Positions 38,171 through 50,848 of a stretch of 64,000 nucleotides of DNA are shown here, piece after piece. The stretch is taken from assembly GCF_006345805.1 (NCBI RefSeq), contig NC_043006.1, positions 97,340,001 through 97,404,000 on the forward strand, written 5' to 3'. The notes beneath the pieces are model-generated. The model saw only the letters and a program-made list of their open reading frames with translations, was not told where the DNA came from and ran no database searches. This stretch comes from Octopus sinensis. Lineage: Eukaryota. A program made the position numbers and the translations under genes. Each line of letters starts with the position of its first letter. Position 1 is the first letter of the stretch.

Positions 38171-39045
38171 GGCAAGCTGGCAGAAATGTTAGCACGCCGT
38201 AATTCGTCTGCCGTTACGTTCTGAGTTCAAATTCTGCTGAGGTCGACTTTGCCTTTCATCCTTTCGAGGTCGATAAATTAAGTACCAGTTGAGTACTGGG
38301 GTCGATGTGATCGACTTACCCCTTCCCCCAAAATATCAGGTCTTGTGCCTATAGTAGAAAAAGTTACGTTCTGAGTTCAAATTCCGCCGAGGTCGACTTT
38401 GCCTTTCATCCTTCCAGGGTCGATAAATTAAGTACCAGTAACGCACTAGGGTCGATGTAATCGACTTAATCCGTTTGTTTGTCCTTGTTTGTCCTCTCTG
38501 TGTTTAGCCCCTTGTGGGTAGTAAAGAAATAGGTATTTCGTCTGCCGCTACGTTCTGAGCTCAAATTCCACTGAGGTCGACTTTGCCTTTCATCCTTTCG
38601 GGGTCGACTAAATAAGTACCAGTTACGTACAGGGGTCGATATAATCAACTTAATCCGTTTGTCTATCCTTGTTTGTCCTCTCTGTGTTTAGCCCCTTGTG
38701 GGTAGTAAAGAAATAGGTATTTCATCTGTCTTCATGTACTTAGTTCAAAATGCCGCCGGAATCGACTTTGCTTTTCATCCTTTCGAGGTCGATTAAATAA
38801 GAACCAGTTACGCACTGGGGTTGATATAATCGACTTAATCCGTTTGTCTGTCCTTGTTAGTCCCCTCTGTGTTTGGCCCCTTGTGGGTAGTAAAGAAATA
38901 GGTATTTCGTCCGTCTTTCGTCTTTGCCTTCCTTTCTTTCAGGGTCGATAAAATAAGTACCAGTTGTACACAGGGATCGATGTAATCGTCTTACCCCCTC
39001 CCCCAAAGTCGCTGACCATGTACCGAAATTTGGAACCATTTTATA
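38171..39045 (+). mobile_element. Head-to-tail array of about 5 SINE family A units
   Basis: The body motif gtcgactttgcctttcatcc recurs at ~150-185-bp spacing, with junction ...ggtagtaaagaaataggtatttcgtc... Confidence 0.85.
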
Positions 39046-39695
39046 ATAAATTAGTTGTATAATTTTCAGGGCAGTAATCAGATTAACACCCACTCCATCA
39101 AGGCTTTTGAAATATATTTCAAAATACAAGAAAAAATAACGAAAAAATTGTTTTTAACAAAAGCTCAGAATGTTTCAAAGTTTACTGTAATTCCAGTTTT
39201 CGATCTCGTGAAAAAGCCATTTAACTGTTTTTCTTCAATTAAAAATACAATCCAAATAGGGATGCTGTCTCTTCATCATTGCGTACTAGTATACTAACAT
39301 ATAGAAAATTAAATTCTAAAATATTTCTGTCAAAGAAGATAATTTGGTACAGCATTGAATTATTCATAAAATCTTATGTTATCTTCAGTCAGAAAAATTA
39401 CTTTTTCCGCTTTTTTTAAAGTCATTCACCAGAAATAACAATGCAATAACTTTAATCTACTAATTATAACCTAGCAACCTGACTTCAAACAACAAACTAG
39501 ACCCAATCCCACCCCAGTCACCTTTCAAATTGAACGCCTACCTTCGTATTAGCCACCACGCAAGAGAGATCAGAAAAATTTAACCAATCATCACTCTGAA
39601 CAACATAAATACCACACAGACATACACACAAATACACACACACAACGACACGTACCTAAACAAATGCACACACATACAAACAAACATCTTCTTCT

Positions 39696-39980
39696 TGAGC
39701 CCTTTTCAAGCTTAGCCAGGCTCATGGGCCTGGTTTCCCGGTTTCTGTCGCGTATGTGTTCTCCCCAGCTGGACGGGACGCCAGTCCATCGCAGTGTTAC
39801 TCAAGAAACAGGAAGAAAGAGTGAGAGAAAGTTGGGGCGAAAGAGTACAACAGGGGTCGCCCCCCGCTGCCGGAGCCTCGTGGAACTTTAGGTGTTTTCG
39901 CTCAAAAAACACAGACAACACCCGGTCTGGGAATCGAAACTGTAATCCTCCGACCGCGAGTCCGCTGCCTTTACCACTTT
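39696..39980 (-). mobile_element. SINE family C
   Basis: Reverse complement of family C. Confidence 0.8.
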
Positions 39981-39984
39981 AGCA

Positions 39985-41780
39985 CACTCTATGGGCTTCC
40001 AAAAATACACAAGAGTCAAATTATCACAGAAGCTTGCAAAAAGTCCACTTCAACCTGCATCACTATACCACATCCCACTGATCTCAAACTGAGACCAATA
40101 GTGGCAGGCCCAAGTTGTGAAACACACAGACTTAGCAACTTTATAGATATCATCTTAAAGCCAATACTGAAACACATTCCAAGTATTGTAAGAGATGACC
40201 TGGACCTATTAAATCATCTCCCCAAACATGCCGATAAAGACACCTTAATCGTTTCTTTTGATGTTATTAATCTTTACAACACACAATCCCACATGAATAT
40301 GGACTGGAAGCCATTAAATTCTGGCTGGATAAATATCCCAATGAGATCCCGGAAAGAATTAAAAAAGAATTCATAATTGAGGGCCTCAAATTTATTCTGC
40401 AAAACAACTTCATGTATTTCCACAACACTTACAGACAGGTCTCAGGAACTGCAATGGGTACGAAAGTTGCACCTACCTATGCAAACCTGGTGATGGCCTA
40501 CCTGGAATCACATATCTATGAAAAATCCAAATATAAGTACGGCCAGTCTTTCCACAAATACCTGTTGGAGAACTGGAAATGCTACTTAGATGATTGCCTC
40601 ATCCTATGGTCCCACACACTCGACCAACTTAAAGACTTCAAAAACCTTATCAACAGTGTTAATAACAACATTCAATTCACAATGGAATATAGTCAGGACC
40701 AACTCCCTTTTCTTGACATCCTAATCATTAAAAAAGGCGTCAACATTGAAACTGACATCCATTACAAACCCACTGACTCTAAACAATACCTTCTATTCAC
40801 CTCCAATCACCCAAAACACACAAAGACAAATATCCCCTTCAACCTAACGAGAAGAATCTGCACTATTGTCTCAAATGACACAACACGAAATAGAAGACTC
40901 CGGGAACTAAGGGCAATTCTTCTCGAAAGACATTACCCGGCATCACTAGTAGACAACGGAATAGAACGGGCCAAATCAATCAACATTCAAGACCTACGAA
41001 AACCCAAACACATCCACAGTACAGTAAATAGCCTCCCCTATCTCTCAACACACAACCCAAGGAATGCAGAAGCTTACACTATTATATACAACAACATTCC
41101 ACAACTAAATCAAGACCCACGCCTGAAAAAAATACTGGCAGCTCATAAAATAATAAAAAGTAAGAGACAACCTAAATCCCTAAAAAACCTCCTCACCAAC
41201 GCAAAATTACACAACACAAACCCACCGCCCACCATCAAAAAATGTGGTCGCCCCAATTGCAAGACCTGCATCCACCTCATTGAGGGATCGTCGTACAAGT
41301 TCCACTCGGGACACACATTCATCATAAAAAATAATTCCACGTGCGCATCAAAAAATTTACTCTACGTCATAATGTGTGAAGGATGCCACGAAGACTACAT
41401 AGGGCAAACGAGCCTTACCCTCAGAGAAAGAATGACAGTTCACCGACAACAACTGAGGGACCCCTCCACAAGACAGATACCACTAAGTGGACACTTAGAC
41501 CTTTGTGCACACAATAAGTCCCCCAAATTCTTAGTCTTCCCACTATACCAATGCTCGGACAACACCACAGACCAAACACGAATAAATAAGGAAAGTAATC
41601 TTATTCAAAAATACAGACCACAACTAAACATACTCTAACATACCCCCTGGGCACACATCCAGAGCAAGCACACAGGGGCACGCGCACACTCACAGCATAT
41701 CGTGCGGGCGGGCACATGCGCGCATCGGCACGCATAGGACACACTAGCGGGCATTGACCGCACACATACGTGGCACGCAC
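39985..41780 (+). mobile_element. 5'-truncated Penelope-like element (Neptune type)
   Basis: RT motifs (LRPIVAG, SFDVINLY, GTAMG, YLDD), Cys linker CGRPNCKTC and a GIY-YIG endonuclease. Confidence 0.92.
40412..41638 (+). CDS. PLE reverse transcriptase C-terminal part plus GIY-YIG endonuclease (408 aa open)
   Basis: GTAMGTKVAPTYANL, YLDD, LPFLD, NLLYVIMCEGCHEDYIGQT...ERMTVH. Confidence 0.9.
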   Translation: MYFHNTYRQVSGTAMGTKVAPTYANLVMAYLESHIYEKSKYKYGQSFHKYLLENWKCYLDDCLILWSHTLDQLKDFKNLINSVNNNIQFTMEYSQDQLPFLDILIIKKGVNIETDIHYKPTDSKQYLLFTSNHPKHTKTNIPFNLTRRICTIVSNDTTRNRRLRELRAILLERHYPASLVDNGIERAKSINIQDLRKPKHIHSTVNSLPYLSTHNPRNAEAYTIIYNNIPQLNQDPRLKKILAAHKIIKSKRQPKSLKNLLTNAKLHNTNPPPTIKKCGRPNCKTCIHLIEGSSYKFHSGHTFIIKNNSTCASKNLLYVIMCEGCHEDYIGQTSLTLRERMTVHRQQLRDPSTRQIPLSGHLDLCAHNKSPKFLVFPLYQCSDNTTDQTRINKESNLIQKYRPQLNIL

Positions 41781-42778
41781 ACGCATGCATTATATATATG
41801 TAGGTTATGTATGTGTGTGAGTGTTGTGTGTGTGTGTGTGAGTGTGCACGTTGTGTGTGTGCGCGTGTGTATATGTATGTGTGTGTGTGTGTGTACTGTG
41901 TGCGTGTGTTTGTGTGTGTGTGTGCGCGCGTTGTGTGTGTGTGCACGTGTGTATATATGTGTGTGTGTGTGCACTGTGTGCGTGTGTGTGTGTATGTGTG
42001 TGTGTGCTGTGTGTGTATATGCATGGTATGTGTGTATATGTGAGTACATTGTTTGTGTGTGTGTGCGGTATGTAGAGATATATTTGAGTGTGTACGCTAT
42101 AGGTTTGTATCTTGTGTGTGTGGGTGTGTGTGTGAATTTTATATATATATGTGTGTGTATGTGTGTGAAAAAATATATGTATGTGCATGTATGTATGTAT
42201 ATGTATATATATATATATATGGTATATATATATATGGTGTGTGTATGTGTGTGTGTGTATATATATTTTCATGTATATTGTGTATAAACATGTGCATTAT
42301 TTGCATGCGCATTGTGTATATGTATATTGTATGTATGTGTATTGTATATATATGTGTACAATTAAGTGTATATATGTGTGATGTGTGCATTGTATATATG
42401 TATATTGTAAGTGTGCTATATATACATGAATACATGTATACGTTGCGTGTATATATATGTATGCATTGTGTATGTATGTTATGTGTGTGTGTCGATATAT
42501 ATTATATGTATGCGTACGTGTATGTGTATGGCATGGGTATGTATATTGTGTGTATATGTGGATATCTATGTATGTGTATGTAAACACTATTTATATGTAT
42601 ATATGTATATGCATTGTCTATATATATATATATATATTATATGTATTGCGTATGTATATTGCATGCATATATTGTGTCTGTGTATTATATACATGCTGTG
42701 TATGTGTATTGTATGTGTATATATATGCTAGGTGTATTTGTGTGATATTTATATTATGTATATATAGTGTGTGGTGTG

Positions 42779-42820
<42 letters not shown>

Positions 42821-43683
42821 TATATATGTGTGATATTATATATAAATACATGTTATATTTGTGTGCTGTGTGTATATATATATATGTGGGTGCGTTGTGT
42901 GTGTGTGTGTTCTTGTGTGTGTGTGTTGTGTGGTATGTGGTGTGTGTGTGTATACTATGTGTGTGTGTGTATTGTTGTTGTGTGTGTGTGTATATATGTG
43001 GTGTGACAAACAGACGCTGTCTGACCAGCAGGCACACGGACAACTCTATTCACACCCACATACTCACCTCCCAATAACCCCAAAATCACTGATGCTTGAA
43101 GGGGAAGTATAAACCAACTGGGTACATCTTTTTTTCTCTCAATTCAACTTTTCTGCTAAAACAAACAGGTCAGTAAAAAACAAATTCTCGCCTTCGATTC
43201 AAAATATTCTGAGATGTCTAAAATATCCATTTTAATTTTCTCTGTCAATATTACAAGCTTTCTCACCAAACTATTACACTTCCTTATGTCTTTAACATGT
43301 CCTTTCTACCAAAGACTGTATATATATACATGTAATGTGACAATTTGCGACAACCAATAATTAACGCAACCAAATTTCCAATAATATATTTGTTTTATTC
43401 TTTTCTGCAACTTTTTCCAAATATTCTCATCACACTATTGAACTTTTTTATACTATATTTATACATGTAATGTGACAATTATGTATAAAAAAACATTTTT
43501 GAATTCTAATATTCAATGTGACAATTATGTAAAAAACTTTTTTTGAACCCATAATATTCAATGTTACGTTTGACAATCTTTTACCAAAGAGTGAAACCGG
43601 TTAAGTAAATAAACATCGTTTAAATTGCATTTTCAACCTTTTTTCATATATAATCCCACTCGTTGCGATACCCCACAACTCAA

Positions 43684-43738
<55 letters not shown>

Positions 43739-43755
43739 ATATATATATATATATA

Positions 43756-43793
<38 letters not shown>

Positions 43794-44689
43794 CTCAAAA
43801 TAAGCAACAAGAATCTTCGGTAATTTGGTACGATCGTTTCACGCTACATCATTTTATTAAATATGTAAGTATTACAACAGTTTTAAAATGTTGAGCAATC
43901 ATCAGTCATTTATAGAGGTTTTCCATTAATACATAATTTTCATGTTGATAACATTATAGAGAAGGTAGATATATAGACAAAGATGTCGATTTGAATTTTA
44001 AGAACATTTGAGGTAGTAGAGTTTATCTTATGACTGAAGAATATTCTTTAAGTTATTTTGAACTGCTAGAAGGTTGGGAAGTACATTCAGTTGAAAGGAG
44101 ACAAAAGAGATTTTCTATCTATAGAATTAGGGGTGAAATAAATGTCAGAAGTTATTCATAAAGAAATTAAGGTAGAGAGGGGGTTGTAATGCCATAGAAG
44201 CTGTTTACTACTATTTGGCAAACAGATTTTGTATCAAGAAAACTAGGTCAATGTCAGATGGTCACAATGACCACCTATATACCAAAATGTTATAGAGAAT
44301 ACAGATATCCCTTTATACTTATAAACATCAGTTTTATACTTAGCTGGTAGGTGTTGATTATTTTGATACGTTGGATTTATGGAGACATTATAAATTTAAT
44401 ATTTATTCATTTTGGAGAAAAATCTATCATTTATTATGAGTAGGCATAATACTCAATAACTAAGGACAAAAGTCTTATTAATAAAGTGAATATATTAGGG
44501 GTCAAATATAGATTAGAAAAAATGGAAGAGGAGTAATCAAGATGAATAATTTTCTTAGGTTTAGTAGAAGGTGATTTATTTTTATGAAGAGAAGTAACCA
44601 AGAAGAGTAAATTACTCAGATTTAGTAGATAGTGAATTGTTATTAATGAATTAAAATATAGAATCTGTTAGACATAATATTTACATTCC

Positions 44690-44880
44690 TGGTCCGGGCG
44701 ACGCGCTGTGTTCTTGAGTAAAACACTTCATTTCACGTTGCTCCAGTCCACTCAGGTGGCAAAAATGAGTAACGCTGCGATGGACTGGCGTCCCGCCCAG
44801 CTGGGGAACACATACGCCATAGAAACCGGGAGACTAGGCCCATGAGCCTGGCTAGGCTTGAAAAAGGGCGCATTTATTTT
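44690..44880 (+). mobile_element. SINE variant sharing the family C tail
   Basis: gcgatggactggcgtccc...gcctggctaggcttgaaaaagggc. Confidence 0.7.
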
Positions 44881-44888
44881 ATAAGAGA

Positions 44889-45194
44889 CTAGCAGTATCG
44901 CCCGGCGTTGCTCGGGTTTGTAAGGGAAATAACTATATAAGCATTTTTAGAGAGTTACTTCCCTTATATAACCCGAGCAAAAATCATTAAAAATGCGGAA
45001 AAATGATGGCAAATTTTTTTTAAATCGTAGACTCATCGTAGAAGCGCGCTAATACCCAGAACGGCTCGATATGAATCACGACTATAAGATACCCGCTTTT
45101 GGTTAAACTGCACCGCAAAATATGGAAGTAGTTAGGAATCTAAATCGGAGTAGACAGACACACACACACACAACTTTAGTTTTATATATAAAGA
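44889..45194 (-). mobile_element. Non-autonomous Helitron A
   Basis: Minus strand: 5' TC, subterminal hairpin cccg..cggg, 3' CTAG, inserted between A and T. Confidence 0.75.
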
Positions 45195-45255
45195 TATGAG
45201 TTAAAAATTGTTTGGTACGTATTATTACGGCACCTCCTTTTTTGTGCTCTCTCAC

Positions 45256-45444
45256 CTCTGATAGTGTTAACAGACATGTAGTGGCTTCGAATGATTTCGC
45301 GAGTTTCTTAACAGCTGGTCTGTTCAGTTTGGTCCGGTTGTTCGTATGGTAATCTCTCGTAGTCCGAGAAAGACGGTTCGGCAATATTTTGCGGAACGAC
45401 CTGCACAAATGCTTATCCGTTTCTGCACATTTCTCTTCATGTGT
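45256..45444 (-). other. Candidate exon (189 nt, one fully open frame THEEKCAETDK...LLTLSE)
   Basis: Acceptor cacttttcctctcctcag and donor GAG|GTGAGA; non-repetitive sequence. Confidence 0.4.
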
Positions 45445-45781
45445 CTGAGGAGAGGAAAAGTGTTTACGTCATTCTAGTTCAATTAATAAACTGTAACGTG
45501 TCTCTCTCCTCCTCTCTTTCTCTTTCTCTCTTCTTCACTCTCCCTCTCACTTTCTTTTAATCTGTATGTGTATATTATTGCGCATGTGCATATATATATT
45601 TGCTTCCAGTGCCAAAAAGTACTGTTGCCAAAACATACTGTAACGTCCAGTCAGTTGCTCCGAAGCGCCTGCGCTCAAACAGCTACGCCAAGTCGTCTCA
45701 TTTCGAGTATACAACACATGTAGGTATTCGGAAAATTTAATCTGTTACGATAGACACTGAAGTAAAACAAGAGCAACTCAC

Positions 45782-45900
45782 CGACGCCGATGAAATACGA
45801 TCCACATTTAACTATTCGGCAAAGGAAACCACAAGAGCTTGAAATTTCTATTGTAAAACCATCGGCTTGTGTGCTGAAACAAGATTACATTTAAAGAATG
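45782..45900 (-). other. Candidate first exon; start position uncertain
   Basis: Donor TCG|GTGAGT at 45782/45781, downstream of the X-box on the minus strand. Confidence 0.3.
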
Positions 45901-45923
45901 GTTAGTAACCTTCACGGAGAACC

Positions 45924-45937
45924 GTTACCATAGCAAC
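45924..45937. promoter_or_regulatory. RFX X-box motif
   Basis: GTTACCATAGCAAC matches the X-box consensus GTNRCC-N0-3-RGYAAC, in a CpG-enriched unique segment. Confidence 0.5.
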
Positions 45938-46337
45938 AACGTCCAAAGACAACTGTCAGTTTGAAAACTATTTTATAGAAGAATGTATAAAAATAGTCTT
46001 TGAATATCTTGGCTTTCTCCAAAACTTATTATTTTGTCTCTCTCCTCCTCCTCCTCCTCATCCTCCTCCTCTTCCTCAATCTATCAATATATCCCAGTCT
46101 CTTTATCAATTGTCCCGCTATCTCTCTATCAATATATCTCTCTGTCCTTATCAATATATATCTCTCTCTCTCCCTCATATTTGTCTTGCTTCGTCATGTA
46201 CCTTTTCTCTCGCCTGTATAGTTTGTCTCTCTTTTTCACTTTACTCTCTCTCTCTCTCTCTCTATCCCCATTTCGTTGTCTCTGTATTCCTTTCTTAATT
46301 TCTCTCTCATTTACTTTACCACTTTCTTTCTTTCCCC

Positions 46338-46448
<111 letters not shown>

Positions 46449-46763
46449 CTCTCCCCCTCTCTACAACACCTTTCCGTTGATTACAAAAGAAATTCCAAGC
46501 TGGAACTTTTCCCAAAAAACAATAACGTAAAAAAAAAAATCTTTAAAAAAATGAAAAATAAAAATGAAAAAAAAAAGCTAAAAAAAGCATTCTACAAGTT
46601 TATAGATATTTCTCTCCAGTGCCATTTTCAAATATAATTTTTTCTTATATTGATTATATATAAATTCTTTGCCTTTGAAGATTATGCACAGATATTGTCA
46701 AATACACTCACACGCAGACACCATACACGCGCGCGCGCACACGCAATTATGCATATGTGACTG

Positions 46764-46812
<49 letters not shown>

Positions 46813-47431
46813 GTCTTTATATATATATTGTCTGTATATATATATATATATATATAATATATATATATGATATATATATATGTATTATATATGTATAATG
46901 TGTGTGTGTGTGGGTGTATGTATGTGCATACATTGTTTACATCTCCATGTATCCTCCAGAGGCTGTGGCCATGCTGGAAAACCGCCAATTGTGTGATTGC
47001 AAGTTTATTTCATTTCACTTCCATGGCCCTTATTCCGAGTTTGGTTCTGGTGAATCAGTGAGTTGGACACACCTGCCGTTATTTGCATTTCTTGCACTGA
47101 ACTAGTTTCATGTAGTATCTCAGATAAAAAAAATGAAGTGTTCATAGACACACACATACACACATACGTGCGTGCACGCATACACATGTATACATAAATA
47201 CCTACATACATACGTGTATATACATATAAGCATTCACATAAATATTATATTATATAGGCGCAGGAGTGGCTGTGTGGTAAGTAGCTTGTTTACCAACCAC
47301 ATGGTTCCGGGTTCAGTCCCACTGCATGGCACCTTGGGCAAGTGTCTTTTACTATAGCTCCGGGCCGACCAAAGCCATGTGTGTGGATTTGGTAGACGGA
47401 AACTGAAAGAAGCCCGTCGTATATATATATA

Positions 47432-48231
47432 CCAGCAGCATAGCCCGGCGTTGCCCGGATATGTAAGAGCCCCTAGTAGGCAACGACTAATCCCAATCTA
47501 ATCCTTTCCCTCTAGGGAACGAAGGCGCATGTGTAGGTTGCAATGTCTTCTCTTCACTCCCAAATAACTATCAAACAGCTATCGATAATTCAACCCAACC
47601 AATTCCTACCAGGAAGAAATTACATTCGAGACTTTACCCCCAACACTTCTGCTAATAGCTGCTGCAGCCGCAAGTTATTCGAATACTTTTTTTGTTTACA
47701 CTTTCTTTATAACTACCACCCCAAACGTTTTTACCTTAAATTTTTGACGCATCCTAAGGGTCCTCGGACGCTACTTGCAAACTCTTGGTTTATTATAAAC
47801 CGCTTTTGTCGTGTGCACCAAAAAAACCTTTTCCATTCGTTTGTTCAGTTTGGTCACTTTTGACTTTTTCGTTGTTGTCACTCACATTGCTGCCCGCTTT
47901 TTTGCCGTTTTTGTACATTTTTATACATTTTGGAATACTTACCCCACGTGTTCCGAGAGTTAAAAAGGTCGAGTTGCGTCCCCTAGACAGTCTGTAGAAA
48001 ATGTGTTGCATATAAAAAGCTTAGATTCTCGACCCATGTCGAATTTATCGATTTGTTTTCAGAACTGGGGGAATTTTTCAAAATTTTCGCTGCGTTAGTT
48101 TTGAATTATGACATTGGGCTATGTGTGTGTCAAGTTTCATCAGAATCGGTTGAAAGCCGTGGTGAGGGTGAGGGTACAACCTGACAGACACACAGACAGA
48201 CAAACTGCCGTTTATATATAGAGAGAAGAGA
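47432..48231 (-). mobile_element. Non-autonomous Helitron B
   Basis: 5' TC, 3' CTGG (CTRR), subterminal hairpin and A|T target. Confidence 0.7.
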
Positions 48232-48451
48232 TATATATATATACACATATATAAAACGCCCACTTTTCTATGCTTGCCTGTATCAGACGAAATTTGTTGA
48301 GGCAGGTTATTTTTGTATGGCTGGATGTCCTTCCTGTCACCGACCCTCTCTTGTCTCCAAGCGAAGTAATGTTCTTCTGTGACCAGGCATGTTTTCACGG
48401 AAGTTTGGCGATGAAAGGCGGATCTTGCAGGGCAGTGACACTTATTTATGA

Positions 48452-48835
48452 CTAGCAGTATCGCCCGGCGTTGCTTGGGTTTGTAAGGGAAATAACTATA
48501 AAGCATTTTTAGAGAGTTATAGCCAAAAAATAGCAAAAAAATGGAAAAAAAATGATGGTAAATTTTTTTGAGAGTTAAAAAAGGTGGAGTTGCGTCCCCA
48601 TGACGGTCTGTGGTTTGGGTTTCTGATTCTCGACCCCATGTCGAATTTATCGATTTTTTTCAGAACTGGGGGAGCTTTTCAAAATTTTCGCTGCGTTAGT
48701 TTTGAATTATGACATTGGGCTATGTGTGTGTCAAGTTTCATCAGAATCGGTTGAAAGCCGTGGTCAGAGTGAGGGTACGAGAAAATAGACACACAGAAAC
48801 ACGCACAGACAAACTGCCGTTTATATAGAGAGAGA
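48452..48835 (-). mobile_element. Non-autonomous Helitron C
   Basis: 5' TC, 3' CTAG, subterminal hairpin and A|T target. Confidence 0.75.
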
Positions 48836-49370
48836 TATATGCGTGTGTGTGTTTGTGTCTCTGTGTTTGTCCCCCTAGCATTGCTTGACAACCGATGCTG
48901 GTGTGTTTATGTCCCCGTCACTTAGCGGTTCGGCAAAAAGAGACCGATAAAATAAGTACTGGTCTTACAAAGAATAAGTCCCGGGGTCGATTTGCTCGAC
49001 TAAAAAGGCGGTGCTCCAGCATGGCCGCAGTCAAATGACTGAAACAAGTAAAAGAGTAAAAGAGAGAGAGAGAGTGTATTGTTCCGTTGTTGGTGGAATC
49101 AACAAAAAAACTTACTCCATCTGGTGAGAGATAAATATCATTTAGTGTATACAGGATTTAAATGCGAGCTAGTATTTGTCTCAATCCTCTGATAATACAA
49201 TGATCGGACGAGCTTGTATATCGAGCTGTGATTGTCCGGCAATCATTTAGGCTGAACGGGTTAAGATACACGGCATGCTATACAAACTCAGCCGACCATT
49301 GTATTGTCAGAAACATGAAACTTACAGTGGCTCGCTTTAAACTCATGTAATTATTAAATGATATACTCTC

Positions 49371-49823
49371 TCTTTTACTCCCTTTTACTTGCTTCAGTCA
49401 TTTGACTGTGGCCATGCTGGAGCACCGCCTTTAGTCGAGCAAATCGACCCTAAGACTTATTTTTTGTAAGCATAGTATATATTCTATCGGTCTCTTTTGC
49501 CGAACCGCTAAGTTACGGGGATATAACACACCAGCATCGGTTGTCAAGCGATGTTGGGGTACAAACATAGACACACAAGCGTATACACACACACACGCAC
49601 GCGCACACACACACACACACACACACAACACACACACACACACACACATATACATATATATGACGGGCTTCTTTCAGTTTCCGTCTACCAAATTCACTCA
49701 CAAGGCTTTAGTCGGCCCGAGGCTATAGCAGAAGACACTTGCCCAAGGTACCACGCAGTGGGTCTGAACCCGGAACCATGTGGTTCGTAAGCAAGCTACT
49801 TACCACACAGCCACTCCTACGCC
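49371..49823 (-). mobile_element. Full SINE family B
   Basis: Reverse complement of the 9312-9710 copy. Confidence 0.9.
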
Positions 49824-49845
49824 TATTAATATATTTGTATATATA

Positions 49846-50030
49846 AGGTAGCGAGCTGGCAGAATCGTTGGCATGCTTAGCGGCATTTCGTTCGTCTTCA
49901 ATTTCAGCCGAGATCAACTTTGCCCTTCATCCTTTCGGGGATCGATAACATAAATACTAGTTGAGCACTGGGGTCGATGTAATCGATTTATTCCTCCCCA
50001 AAATTGCTGGCTTTGTGCCAAATTTTGAAG
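49846..50030 (+). mobile_element. SINE family A, internally deleted
   Basis: Family A head and body motifs. Confidence 0.7.
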
Positions 50031-50288
50031 CCTAAATATATGCTTATGAACCAGCTAAGTATCACACCAGTAAGGGGTCGACGCTAGATGTATCGAAACA
50101 ATTGTAGTGATTAATAAAAACTCTCGTATCTTCCATCTGTCCCTCATTAATCGTATACATAACGAACACAGAGAAAGTGACCGTGCTTTAACAGTAAGCT
50201 ACCACGTATTAACAATTCGTTTAATCAACTACCATCTCTCTCCCCCCTCTCTCTCTCTCCCATCACTCTTTCTCTGTCTGTCTGTCTC

Positions 50289-50344
<56 letters not shown>

Positions 50345-50399
50345 GTTTGTTGAGGTGTTTTGGAAGAATAACAAGTAATAACCCAACGATATATCTTTT

Positions 50400-50489
50400 T
50401 TACTCCTCTGACGAGGTTTTGTCTTATAAAATGTTTTAATTACTGGAATTAGATTCTTTTGGGCAAAATCGAAACGGCTGTAAGTGAAC
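50400..50489 (+). ncRNA. Hammerhead ribozyme motif with a canonical core and extended stem II
   Basis: CUGACGA (50408-14), GGUUUUGUC/GGCAAAAUC 9-bp stem II, GAAAC GGCU GUA (triplet ends at 50482); stem I is weak. Confidence 0.6.
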
Positions 50490-50683
50490 ATATTGGAATT
50501 TTGCTGTTAATAAATTATATTAACGCTATTTCTCCATTTTTCTGGATTTCAATTTGTATATTTATAAACGAAGATTTATACTTAAAACTATTATTTTAGG
50601 ATTAGTACTATTCATAACAAAATACTAGGTAACAAACGAGTAATGCATTGGATATTTTGTATCCCTTAAGGTGGTTATTTTAA

Positions 50684-50728
<45 letters not shown>

Positions 50729-50802
50729 TTACGTAACGAACACTGTGAGAGTGACAGTGCTTTACCAGTATAAAAACCATCGTTTATTAGCTAATATCCA
50801 TG

Positions 50803-50848
<46 letters not shown>

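Larger units (their letters stand above)
47257..49065 (+). mobile_element. SINE family B split at its internal (TA)n by nested insertions
   Basis: 5' half at 47257-47430 and 3' half at ~48837-49065. Confidence 0.85.

Noticed and set aside
43086-43120. CTGATG...GAAGGGG as the hammerhead of the 40-kb PLE
   Set aside because: The core is interrupted and no CGAAAC half is present.
43900-44600. Ancient CR1/L2-like LINE 3' remnant (minus)
   Set aside because: Only faint peptide resemblance; it cannot be supported without an HMM search.
45610-45723. Plus-strand 114-nt exon candidate (ttccag...TAG|GTATTC)
   Set aside because: The donor is weak and it conflicts with the better-supported minus-strand intron covering the same bases.
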